Positions 50,611 to 59,093 of a stretch of DNA of 64,000 nucleotides are shown piece by piece. The position numbers were made by a program, and so were the translations under genes. This DNA is from an uncultured Succiniclasticum sp. (GTDB lineage Bacteria; Bacillota; Negativicutes; Acidaminococcales; Acidaminococcaceae). The stretch's first letter is position 1, and each line of letters begins with the position of its first letter. Location of the stretch: NCBI GenBank assembly GCA_900544275.1, contig UQUU01000006.1:40742-104741 (forward strand), given 5' to 3'. The notes below the pieces were generated by a model. The model did not search any database. It saw only the letters and a list, made by a program, of their open reading frames with translations, and was not told the origin of the DNA.

Positions 50611-51537
50611 TTACAGCTTTTCTGCAAAACGAAGGCGGGCGCTGCGTGCCCTTGGATTCTTTGCGATTTCCTCTTCCCCCGGCAGCCGGTTACCCGGTTT
50701 TTTTATTACCGGTTTTTTACCGCAGACACAGGGCATATGCGGAGGACAGGTACAGCCTTTGGCTAACTGCGCCAGTTTTTGCTTGACGATTCGGTCTTCC
50801 AGCGACTGGAAAGTGATCACGCCAATACGGCCGCCACTGACCAGAGCGCTTATCGCATCATCTACAGCCTGCTCCAAAATCCCCAGTTCATCGTTGATTT
50901 CGATCCGTAAGGCCTGAAACGTCCTTTTGGCCGGATGGGGGCCATCCTTACGCGCACCTTTCGGAATCGCTTTTTTAATCACATCCACCAACTGAAACGT
51001 GGTTGTCAGCGGCGCTTTCTGTCTGGTCAGAACGATAAACTGAGCAATCCGTTTATGCCAGCGTTCTTCTCCATAGCGCCAGATCAGGTCAGACAGGGCT
51101 TCTTCACTGTAGGTATTCACTACGAACGCCGCTGTTTTCTCTGTTTGCTGATCCATACGCATGTCCAAAGGACCGTCGTGCATATAGGAAAAGCCTCTTT
51201 CTGCCATATCCAGCTGATGGGAAGATACACCCAGGTCAAACAAGACGCCGTTTACTGCCTGTACCTGCAAGCGGCTTAAGACGCTTGCCAGGTCTTTGAA
51301 ATTAGCTTTGACGATGTCCACTCGGCAGGCAGCTTTCGCTAATCGCTCCTGCGCTGCGGCTAAGGCTTCCTCATCCTGATCGATGCCGATCAGGCGGCCC
51401 CGAACAGACAACAAAGACGCAATCTTTTGGGAATGACCCGCGCCACCCAGTGTACAGTCTACATAGATGCCGTCCGGATCGGTAACAAGCCAATCCACGC
51501 TTTCCTGCAAAAGTACGCTGACATGTTCAAATTCCAT
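50611..51537 (-). CDS. rsmH: 16S rRNA (cytosine1402-N4)-methyltransferase
   Basis: MraW/RsmH family. Confidence 0.93.
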   Translation of the reverse strand: MEFEHVSVLLQESVDWLVTDPDGIYVDCTLGGAGHSQKIASLLSVRGRLIGIDQDEEALAAAQERLAKAACRVDIVKANFKDLASVLSRLQVQAVNGVLFDLGVSSHQLDMAERGFSYMHDGPLDMRMDQQTEKTAAFVVNTYSEEALSDLIWRYGEERWHKRIAQFIVLTRQKAPLTTTFQLVDVIKKAIPKGARKDGPHPAKRTFQALRIEINDELGILEQAVDDAISALVSGGRIGVITFQSLEDRIVKQKLAQLAKGCTCPPHMPCVCGKKPVIKKPGNRLPGEEEIAKNPRARSARLRFAEKL

Positions 51538-51549
51538 CGGCGGCTCCCT

Positions 51550-51978
51550 TTAAATATCCAGATCCAGATCATCCAGACCTTCTTCTATCATTTGTTCAGA
51601 AGCTGCATTACGAGCCTGCCACGCTTCTGCCGACCAGATTTCCGCTTTATTGCCGACCCCTACGATCACCGTATCTTTAGAAAGACCGGCATATTCCCGC
51701 AGATTGGCCGCCAACAGCGCGCGTCCCTGCTTATCGCAGGCTATTTCACATGCGCCGGAAAAGAAAAATCGTTTGATATCGCGGTTCTTTTTCTGCCCCA
51801 TAGAAAGAGCATTCAGCTTGGCGGAAAACTCAGCCCACTGGGCTTCATCATATACGAAAAGGCAATGGTCAAACCCTTTGCTCACATAAAAATGTTTGCC
51901 CAGGGATTCGCGCAATTTCGCCGGGATGAAAAGACGCCCTTTCTCATCCAGGGCATGCCTGTATTCACCTAAGAACAT
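51550..51978 (-). CDS. mraZ: Transcriptional regulator MraZ
   Basis: MFLGEYRHALDEKGRLFIPAK... Start ATG at 51978. Confidence 0.9.
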   Translation of the reverse strand: MFLGEYRHALDEKGRLFIPAKLRESLGKHFYVSKGFDHCLFVYDEAQWAEFSAKLNALSMGQKKNRDIKRFFFSGACEIACDKQGRALLAANLREYAGLSKDTVIVGVGNKAEIWSAEAWQARNAASEQMIEEGLDDLDLDI

Positions 51979-52295
51979 ATTTTCCACCCCTTTCCCCCAC
52001 TTTTCACCACTTTTATCCATTATAACTATATTCATTCATTTTTGCAACTGATTTACGCGCGTTTTAAGGCTGTTTTTGGCGAAATCTTACGTTTTCTTTT
52101 ATTTTCTTTCTTTTTCTATTCTTGTCCTACTACATATTGTGGTCGGAACACATCAGAACCACAAGATTGAAAAATGTATGACATTTTTTCTTCCCTCTTT
52201 TTCTTTTTAGGGAAGAATGTTATAATAGGCCTGCGAAGATGTGGGAATCCCTTTCTCGACATTGAAATCGTAAATATTAAAATGAGGTGATACAT

Positions 52296-52568
52296 ATGGA
52301 ATTAACTGACGCAGTAAATGTAGCAGCAAAAGCAGTAGGCGGCGAAAACGCTTCTTTAGACACAATCACTGCCGACACCAATATCATTGAAGCCGTACAG
52401 GCTCATCCGGAAATTTTGCAGGTATTCGCTGATCATGGCCTGGGCTGTGTAGGCTGCATGGCTTCTCAATTTGAATCGATTGGCGAAGGCGCCGGCGCGC
52501 ATGGACTGGATGTTCCGGCTCTCTTAAAAGAAATCAACGAGTGCATTAAGGCCACTAAAGGCGAATAA
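52296..52568 (+). CDS. DUF1858 domain protein (hybrid-cluster-protein-associated redox disulfide family)
   Basis: GLGCVGC pattern typical of DUF1858. ATG at 52296 with GAGGTGA 5 nt upstream. Confidence 0.65.
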   Translation: MELTDAVNVAAKAVGGENASLDTITADTNIIEAVQAHPEILQVFADHGLGCVGCMASQFESIGEGAGAHGLDVPALLKEINECIKATKGE

Positions 52569-52569
52569 A

Positions 52570-52605
52570 TAAGTAAGTAAGTAAGTTAGTTAGTTAGTTA
52601 GTTAG
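52570..52605. repeat. Tetranucleotide microsatellite (TAAG)4(TTAG)5
   Basis: Read from the sequence. It begins 2 nt after the DUF1858 stop codon. Confidence 0.9.
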
Positions 52606-52712
52606 AAGGAAAGAAAATAAGAAAGAAGGCCGGCACAGGTCGTAAAAAAAAACCGGGGCACACTTCTTGCCTGCACAAGTTTTCGTGTTAGAAAAAACAA
52701 ATACAACTATTT

Positions 52713-52766
52713 AAAAAACCGTTTAACGGAGTTTTGCTTATCGCAAACTTCCGTAAACGGTTTTTT
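52713..52766. terminator. Bidirectional terminator between the DUF1858 gene and folK
   Basis: A6-ccgtttaacgga...tccgtaaacgg-T6. Confidence 0.5.
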
Positions 52767-52887
52767 GTATACGAGAATTACGTTTTATTTTGATTTTCTT
52801 TATACTCTATTCCGATTCTTGGTTACTCTTGCTGCTCATGTTGACTTTAAGCCAGATTCCGGCTACCTGTACAATTAATCACCTCTT

Positions 52888-53373
52888 TCAAAGAACTGCC
52901 GAGAAAACGCAACGGTGCTTTGCCTGCCAATTTTGCCAGAGTTCACCAATCGTCTTTTTTAACACCGGGTGCCACATTTCCGGAGCAATCTGCGCTAAAG
53001 GCTGCAACACAAAAGAACGGTTCTGCAGATCCGGATGAGGCAGCTGTAATTGCGGCAGATTTATGATCCGGTCTTCATACAGCAACAGATCCAGATCAAT
53101 GTTTCTTTCTCCCCAGTGCCGCAGACGTTTGCGCCCCATCTCCTGCTCTACCTGCAGCAAGACAGTCAACAGAGCTTCCGGAGACAAAGCAGTGGCGATT
53201 TCTGCCGCGCCATTGAGAAAATCCGGCTGATCAGTCACACCATAGGGCCTGGTTCTGATAAAATCAGACACCTTACATACTTGTACGCCATGCTGCTCTA
53301 TCAGCTGCAGCGCCTGTAACAGATTTTTCTTTTTATCGCCCAGATTGCTGCCTAATGCGATGTAGATTCCCAT
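52888..53373 (-). CDS. folK: 7,8-dihydro-6-hydroxymethylpterin pyrophosphokinase
   Basis: HPPK family (ALGSNLGD...). Confidence 0.9.
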   Translation of the reverse strand: MGIYIALGSNLGDKKKNLLQALQLIEQHGVQVCKVSDFIRTRPYGVTDQPDFLNGAAEIATALSPEALLTVLLQVEQEMGRKRLRHWGERNIDLDLLLYEDRIINLPQLQLPHPDLQNRSFVLQPLAQIAPEMWHPVLKKTIGELWQNWQAKHRCVFSAVL

Positions 53374-53489
53374 ACGTTCCTTTCTGTTGTAAAGCGAGGA
53401 CTGTTAAAACGTAAACATGTCACACCTATCACCCAGACCGCTTATCCCTGCAACCTGGTATGCAACTAACGGGCCGCTAAAGCCGGTTC

Positions 53490-54686
53490 CTATACGTTGC
53501 GGATCGCTTCCAGCATACGGATCAGCCGCAGGTTTTCTTTCACATCGTGGACCCGTACCATAGCCGCGCCCGCATATAGGGCAGCAGCGGTAACGGCCAG
53601 GGTCCCCTCCAGCCTTTCTTCCGGCGGCAGAGGTTGTTGGCCTGCACTTAATACCTGCCCGATCGTAGTTTTACGGGAAGCCGCCATTAATACCGGATAT
53701 TCATTTGCGGTCAGGGCGTTTAAATTCTGCATAAGTCTGAGGTTTTGCTCTGTTTTTTTAGCAAAACCGATACCGGGGTCCAAAATGATTTTTTCCGGTG
53801 CAACGCCTTCTGCCCGCAGCAGCTGCGCCTGCGCCAAAAGATACGAAGTCACTTCCTGCACCACATTGGTATATTCGCACTGCTGCTGCATATCCTTGGG
53901 TTTCCCTCGCATATGCATTAAAACAATGGGAGCCTTCGTTTTTAAGACGGTCCCCAGCATGGCATCATCCCCGGTCATAGCAGTCACATCGTTAATGATA
54001 TCGCCGCCGCATTGCATCGCGGCTTCCGCCACTGCCGCCCGATAGGTATCCACCGAAATCATACTTGCAGGAAAACGCTTTTTTATGGCTTCCACCACCG
54101 GCAAGACCCTGCGCATTTCTTCTTCCTGCCCCACAGGGTCGCTGCCGGGGCGGGTGGATTCTCCCCCGATATCCAAAATCGCAGCGCCGTCTGCCAGCAT
54201 GGTTTCCGCCTGCTGCAACGCCGCATCCAATCCCGGGCGGCGGGAACCGGCAAAAAATGAATCCGGTGTTACATTGATAATCCCCATCACCGCCATCTGG
54301 TCATAGGTCAGACGGCGTCTGTCTGCCAGCAGCGTGGATTTAGGCACCGGCTGCAAATAACATTCCAGTTCCGGCACAATTTTCGGAATACCGAAGTAAG
54401 GCATCTGCTTTAATTTTTTCAACAGCAGATTGTAATGTTTCCGCGTACCTAAAAGCAGAATATCGACAAAAGGCACCGAACAGGCAATGGTCGTTCCGGG
54501 AGTAGCGCATTCGCCGCCCACCGCCAGCATCTCCTGCTTGATGATATTCGCCGCCGGCGTACGGACCTGCAGTACTTTCAGCGGCACGATTTTGCTTTTG
54601 TTCAACATAATCGCCACACTGGGTGGATAGACCCCCAGATGTTCCATCTCATACGCCAATGCGTCCTGATTTATTTCATATAGCAT
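53490..54686 (-). CDS. folP: Dihydropteroate synthase with an uncharacterised N-terminal extension of about 120 aa
   Basis: C-terminal 270 aa is the DHPS pterin-binding domain (GIINVTPDSF..GAAILDIGGESTRPG). Residues 1-120 have no obvious match. The preferred start is ATG at 54686; the track gives 54692. Confidence 0.8.
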   Translation of the reverse strand: MLYEINQDALAYEMEHLGVYPPSVAIMLNKSKIVPLKVLQVRTPAANIIKQEMLAVGGECATPGTTIACSVPFVDILLLGTRKHYNLLLKKLKQMPYFGIPKIVPELECYLQPVPKSTLLADRRRLTYDQMAVMGIINVTPDSFFAGSRRPGLDAALQQAETMLADGAAILDIGGESTRPGSDPVGQEEEMRRVLPVVEAIKKRFPASMISVDTYRAAVAEAAMQCGGDIINDVTAMTGDDAMLGTVLKTKAPIVLMHMRGKPKDMQQQCEYTNVVQEVTSYLLAQAQLLRAEGVAPEKIILDPGIGFAKKTEQNLRLMQNLNALTANEYPVLMAASRKTTIGQVLSAGQQPLPPEERLEGTLAVTAAALYAGAAMVRVHDVKENLRLIRMLEAIRNV

Positions 54687-54715
54687 GGACATTCCACCTT
54701 TATTGCTTCCGACGG

Positions 54716-55519
54716 TTATTTCCAGCCTTTTTCCACACAGGCATAAGCGTTATGATTATGAATGCTCTCATAGCTTTCCACCATGGCCTTGTACCAGGTG
54801 ATGCGCGGATCTTTTTCCAACAGCAGGGCAATCTCCCGCACCGCGTCTTCTACAAAACGCGGGTTATCATAGGCCTGTTCCGTCACAAATTTTTCATCAG
54901 GCCGTTTCAATAAGCCATAAACCGGAGCGCTGGCCCCCGCATCGGCAATCTCGGCCAACTCCTCCAGCCAGACAAATTCATTGGCTTCAATTTCCATCGA
55001 AGCAACGGCCCGCTGATTGTGCGCGCCGAAATCACTGATTTCTTTAGAGCAGGGGCACAAGGTCTGAATGGGGACCCGTACTTTTACTTTCAGGGAGAAA
55101 CGTTCCCCCTTTTCCATGGTATACAGGCAGTTCAGATCCATAAGCGAAGTCAAGCCGCTTACCGGCGCTTTCTTCTCAATAAAATAAGGAAATTCCAGCT
55201 GCAAAAACGCCCGGTCCGCCTGTAAACTTTCTTTCAGATCGTCCAGCACTTGCTCCATGGCAGAAGGATGGACAATTTCCAATTTCTGCAGACACTGGAC
55301 AAAACGGCTCATGTGGGTGCCTCTAAGGTCCCGGGGCAGATCTACCGCCAAAGAAACCGTAGCCACGGTATGCTGTTCCCCTTTTTGCCGATCCCGCAGG
55401 ACAAGGGGCCAACGCAGATCTTTAATGCCCACATGCTTTAAGGGAATATTGCGTCCATCTTGTTCGGACTGCACATCTTTTAATCTGTTTTTTTTCTGTT
55501 CCGGGTTATCCTTCAACAT
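54716..55519 (-). CDS. folE2: GTP cyclohydrolase FolE2 (type IB, MptA/DUF198)
   Basis: FolE2/MptA family. Overlaps the stop of the upstream PTPS gene. Confidence 0.8.
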   Translation of the reverse strand: MLKDNPEQKKNRLKDVQSEQDGRNIPLKHVGIKDLRWPLVLRDRQKGEQHTVATVSLAVDLPRDLRGTHMSRFVQCLQKLEIVHPSAMEQVLDDLKESLQADRAFLQLEFPYFIEKKAPVSGLTSLMDLNCLYTMEKGERFSLKVKVRVPIQTLCPCSKEISDFGAHNQRAVASMEIEANEFVWLEELAEIADAGASAPVYGLLKRPDEKFVTEQAYDNPRFVEDAVREIALLLEKDPRITWYKAMVESYESIHNHNAYACVEKGWK

Positions 55520-55890
55520 AGCTCACCCTCGTAAAACTCCCCATTATAAATACAGCCGCTGGTACGAGTTTCCCAGACCTGCACTTCACAGAGACGATGG
55601 TTTTTACCGGTCAAGGGTTTAACCAGTTTATTCCAGGCCCAAATCGAAATATTCTCCGCGCTGGGGTTTTCCATCACATCGTTCAATAAGGCGTGGTCCA
55701 GTTTGCGCAATACCTTGTCCTGCACGATTTCTTTCAAGAGCGCAAAGTCCAGAACCATCCCCTCCCCGTCCGGGCGCCCTTCCACCTTTACCACCAATTT
55801 ATATGTATGTCCGTGCAAATGCTCGCATTTCCCATTATAACTGGGCAGGTAATGCGCTGCATCAAACTCAAATTCTTTTAAAACAATCAT
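55513..55890 (-). CDS. 6-pyruvoyl-tetrahydropterin synthase family protein (QueD-like; likely the PTPS-III-type FolB bypass enzyme given its context)
   Basis: CEHLHGHTY zinc-binding motif of the PTPS family (Cys followed immediately by Glu). It is embedded in folE2-folP-folK. Confidence 0.75.
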   Translation of the reverse strand: MIVLKEFEFDAAHYLPSYNGKCEHLHGHTYKLVVKVEGRPDGEGMVLDFALLKEIVQDKVLRKLDHALLNDVMENPSAENISIWAWNKLVKPLTGKNHRLCEVQVWETRTSGCIYNGEFYEGELC

Positions 55891-55891
55891 A

Positions 55892-55927
55892 GCTCCTCCT
55901 GCTCCTGTTGCTCCTGTTGCTCCTGTT
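55892..55927 (-). repeat. 9-bp tandem repeat x4 in the PTPS 5' leader; on the mRNA it reads (caggagcaa)n, iterating an SD-like AGGAG
   Basis: Read from the sequence. It is not translated, because a TGA stop lies in frame upstream of the ATG. Confidence 0.7.
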
Positions 55928-56042
55928 CAAATTCCTCTTACTTAAGCTGCTCCTGCTCAAACACCCATTGTTCCCGTTGTTCTACGCAAATATCGTTTGC
56001 TCCGGTTGCTCTTACACAAGGATCCACTTACACAAGTTCTTC

Positions 56043-56555
56043 TCACTCATACTGTGAATTTAGCTTGCCGCTGTGATAACTGGGGTTCAGACTCAGACCT
56101 CCAAAATCCGGCTGCTGCCGAAACGCTTCATACACTACCACCGCTACCGCATTGGATAAATTCAGGCAGCGGGCTTTGGGATCCGGCAACATGGGGATCC
56201 GCAGACATTGATCGGGGTATGCTGCATGGATCCAATCCGGCAGACCGGACGTTTCCCGGCCAAAAATCAGAAAACTTTCCGGCGCAAAAGTAACCTGTGT
56301 ATAGCCTTTCGAGGCTTTGCTGGTCAAAAAATAAAAAGGATGTTCTTTATACCGATCCAGCAGATCCTCCAGGTTATCCCAATAATCAATGTCCAATAGA
56401 TGCCAATAATCCAGGCCGGCACGTTTCAACTGCCTGTCATCGGTACTGAAACCCAAAGGGCGGATCAGGTGCAGATGGCAACCGGTCACAGCGCACAAAC
56501 GAGCTACATTGCCGGTATTTGCCGGTATTTCCGGCTGATACAATACCACATGCAT
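56043..56555 (-). CDS. trmL: tRNA (cytidine/uridine34-2'-O)-methyltransferase TrmL (SpoU family)
   Basis: SPOUT fold, small TrmL-type protein. Confidence 0.85.
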   Translation of the reverse strand: MHVVLYQPEIPANTGNVARLCAVTGCHLHLIRPLGFSTDDRQLKRAGLDYWHLLDIDYWDNLEDLLDRYKEHPFYFLTSKASKGYTQVTFAPESFLIFGRETSGLPDWIHAAYPDQCLRIPMLPDPKARCLNLSNAVAVVVYEAFRQQPDFGGLSLNPSYHSGKLNSQYE

Positions 56556-56576
56556 GCGGCAAGACTCCTTTTCTTA

Positions 56577-56618
56577 CTCCTTTTTCTGACTTCCTTTTCT
56601 GACTTCCTTTTCTGACTT
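56577..56618. repeat. 13-bp tandem repeat (tccttttctgact x3) upstream of trmL
   Basis: Read from the sequence. Confidence 0.7.
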
Positions 56619-56727
56619 TCTATACTTCTTTTACCGGCTTCCCAGAGTTTTTTCTAATCCCTCCGGCTTTTTTAGGTGACTCCCCGGGTTTCTTTTACCG
56701 ACCCACTATGCTTTTTTCGCCGGCCCC

Positions 56728-57828
56728 TCAGACTTCTTTTTTGGCGCGCGGCGTATTGCCCACATAAACTGTTTTTGCGCCGGTTTTCAGCTGCTGCTCC
56801 ATTTTCAGTTTCTGTTCTGTCTCTAAACGCTGTTTTTTAGCCTCATAGCGTTTTTTCTGTTCGTATATCTTTTCCAGTTGTTTTTCTTTAAAACTGAAAT
56901 CTTTCCACATATCCTTCGGCGCTTCATCTTTATATTGCAGCATTTTTTGCTGAGCTGTAAAAATTTTTTCCGCATATTCCCCGCCCATGGCCCAGGTCCA
57001 GTTCAAGCCGGACCATTTCGTAATCAGGCCATTTTGCGTGCGCAAACGCCGCGCCGCATTGTAGCGGGGATCTAGTAAAGCGGTTTTCGGTTTGGCGTGA
57101 CTGCTGTACGCCACCAGGTGCTGAATATGGGCCCTTACTCCTTCGCGCGGAGTCTTAAAGGCCGCTCCTTTCACACCGCCTCCGGTCGTACCCAGGCCGC
57201 AAAAATTATGCTGCCAGGCCTGTACATCGCCGCCAAAGCGGAAATAGCCGGTTTCTACCAAAGCCTGGGCCAGAGCCATATCCGGACGGATCCCTTCCCG
57301 CTCCGCTTCTTCCCAATAAAGGGTGACGATTTCCCCTATGCTGCAGCCAATACCCAGCACCGGATTCCGGGAAGAAATCAGCTGCGCGGCCTGATTTTTT
57401 GTCGCGTCGGCCTTCCCCATGATGGTAATTTCCTGGTAGCCTGCCGGCAAAATAAAGTCAGGGTTCCAGGATTGCTTACCGGACCCCTTCACCCGCTTAT
57501 CTTTCAGCTTGCCCCGCACATCTTCGGGAGATTGCAAAACAGTCCCGGAAATCGTTCGGTCGCCTTTCAGGCAGGGAGGACAATCCTTGCCCACCTTCAC
57601 CTCAGCCACAGAACGTTTTGCCTGCGCACTCACAGGCGAATTTACTTTTGGCGTAGCAGAAGACATTTTCTTCGCCGTAACAGAAGGCTTTTCCTTCGCC
57701 GCAACAGCCGTGACAGATTGCTTTTGAACTCCGTCGTTTGTCTTTGCGACAGAGGCATGGCCCGATACAGGCAGCAGCAGGATACAAAAGATCGCCGCCG
57801 TCAAACTAGTCATTTTCCCAAAAACCAT
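56728..57828 (-). CDS. Secreted GH73 N-acetylglucosaminidase-domain protein with a Lys/Glu-rich C-terminal tail
   Basis: Signal peptide (MVFGKMTSLTAAIFCILLLPVSGHASVA). Glucosaminidase domain (ALAQALVETGYF..NFCGLG). AGGAGG RBS. Confidence 0.7.
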   Translation of the reverse strand: MVFGKMTSLTAAIFCILLLPVSGHASVAKTNDGVQKQSVTAVAAKEKPSVTAKKMSSATPKVNSPVSAQAKRSVAEVKVGKDCPPCLKGDRTISGTVLQSPEDVRGKLKDKRVKGSGKQSWNPDFILPAGYQEITIMGKADATKNQAAQLISSRNPVLGIGCSIGEIVTLYWEEAEREGIRPDMALAQALVETGYFRFGGDVQAWQHNFCGLGTTGGGVKGAAFKTPREGVRAHIQHLVAYSSHAKPKTALLDPRYNAARRLRTQNGLITKWSGLNWTWAMGGEYAEKIFTAQQKMLQYKDEAPKDMWKDFSFKEKQLEKIYEQKKRYEAKKQRLETEQKLKMEQQLKTGAKTVYVGNTPRAKKEV

Positions 57829-57846
57829 CTGTGGTTCCTCCTAAAA

Positions 57847-57917
57847 TAGTATTTTACTCCTGCAAGAATGACATTTTACTTTTGCAGGAATAGTATTTTT
57901 TTCTTGCAGAAAATTTT
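57847..57917. promoter_or_regulatory. Three imperfect direct repeats of about 23 bp (T-rich + tgcaaga/tgcagga/tgcagaa) in the divergent promoter region between the GH73 gene and the MBL-fold gene
   Basis: Read from the sequence. Confidence 0.3.
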
Positions 57918-58184
57918 ACAACGATCTCCCGTAAATGAAATCGTGAAGATAGTTAATTATATGCTATTTGCCGCTCTCCTGTAAAGTTTTGCCGGTAAAC
58001 GTGCTACTTTTGTCACAAAAACAGTATACATTTTCTATTGTAATTTAGCTTGTAACAGTTGGCTCTTAATTTATGTTATAATAAGGACGATGTAGGAAAC
58101 CCTGCAAAAAATTCAACGCACAACATCCCAGTTTCCGTGGAGGAACACAGTTTGTCATTTATTCTTAGAAAGCGAGGTTTTACC

Positions 58185-58859
58185 ATGTCTGCTGAATTTA
58201 AATTTATTCACCACTCGTGCTTTACCGTCACTGCCGGCGGCGAAACACTGATTTGCGATCCCTTTTTGGACGGCAATCCTGCGCACATCAAAATGCAGGA
58301 TTTGAAAGTAGATTATATTTTTGTCACCCATGCCCATGCAGACCATTTAGGCTGTGCTTATGAGCTGGCAAAACAGTGCGATGCGCTGCTTATTTCCACC
58401 AATGAGATTGCCGTGGAAGCGGCAGAAAACGGCTGTCGTTCTCACGGAATGCATATCGGGGGTACATACCAGTTCCCCTTCGGCAAGGTCCGGGTAACCC
58501 TGGCTTTTCACGGCAGCGGGATTGCCGGAGGACACGCCTGCGGTTTCACAATTGACTTTCATGGTGCCAAATTTTATTTCGCCGGGGATACCGCTTTATT
58601 CTCCGATATGAAATTGTTGCAGGAACAGGATCCCTTTAAATATGCCCTGATCCCCATCGGCGGCAACTTCACCATGGATCCGGCAGATGCGGTACGAGCC
58701 GCCGCTTTCCTAAAAGCGCCGGTATTGATCCCGATTCATTACGGTACCTGGCCTTTGATCGCACAAGACCCGGAAGCATTTAAAAAGGCGGTGGAAGACG
58801 CCGTTCCCGAAACAAAAGTTGTTTTAGTCGACCCCGGCGATACACTGGAATGGGAATGA
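58185..58859 (+). CDS. UPF0173-type metal-dependent hydrolase (MBL fold)
   Basis: HAHADH motif and UPF0173 length. ATG at 58185. Confidence 0.8.
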   Translation: MSAEFKFIHHSCFTVTAGGETLICDPFLDGNPAHIKMQDLKVDYIFVTHAHADHLGCAYELAKQCDALLISTNEIAVEAAENGCRSHGMHIGGTYQFPFGKVRVTLAFHGSGIAGGHACGFTIDFHGAKFYFAGDTALFSDMKLLQEQDPFKYALIPIGGNFTMDPADAVRAAAFLKAPVLIPIHYGTWPLIAQDPEAFKKAVEDAVPETKVVLVDPGDTLEWE

Positions 58860-58956
58860 CAGAACGTGCGATAGAAAACGAGATAAAAGAAAATAAACAG
58901 CAAAAACGGATGGCAGAAACATATAGTAAAAGTAGATAGTGGAAACAAAGAACAAA

Positions 58957-58992
<36 letters not shown>

Positions 58993-59004
58993 TAAAAATG
59001 AAAT

Positions 59005-59066
59005 AGCAAGGGAGCTGTTCAAAACCCGGTTTGAAAACCCGTTTTGTTACAGCTCCCTCTTTTCGC
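59005..59066. terminator. Bidirectional terminator between the MBL-fold gene and rnc
   Basis: Stem agggagctgt...acagctccct (10 bp) with U-runs on both strands. Confidence 0.55.
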
Positions 59067-59093
59067 TAATGGCTGCCGGAAAAAGCAGTACCA

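Noticed and set aside
52036-52295. Looked for MraZ-box direct repeats (GTGG-type, phased) upstream of mraZ
   Set aside because: Only a single gtggt and an inverted ttgtggt/accacaa pair were seen. There is no clear triple phased repeat, so no MraZ operator is called.
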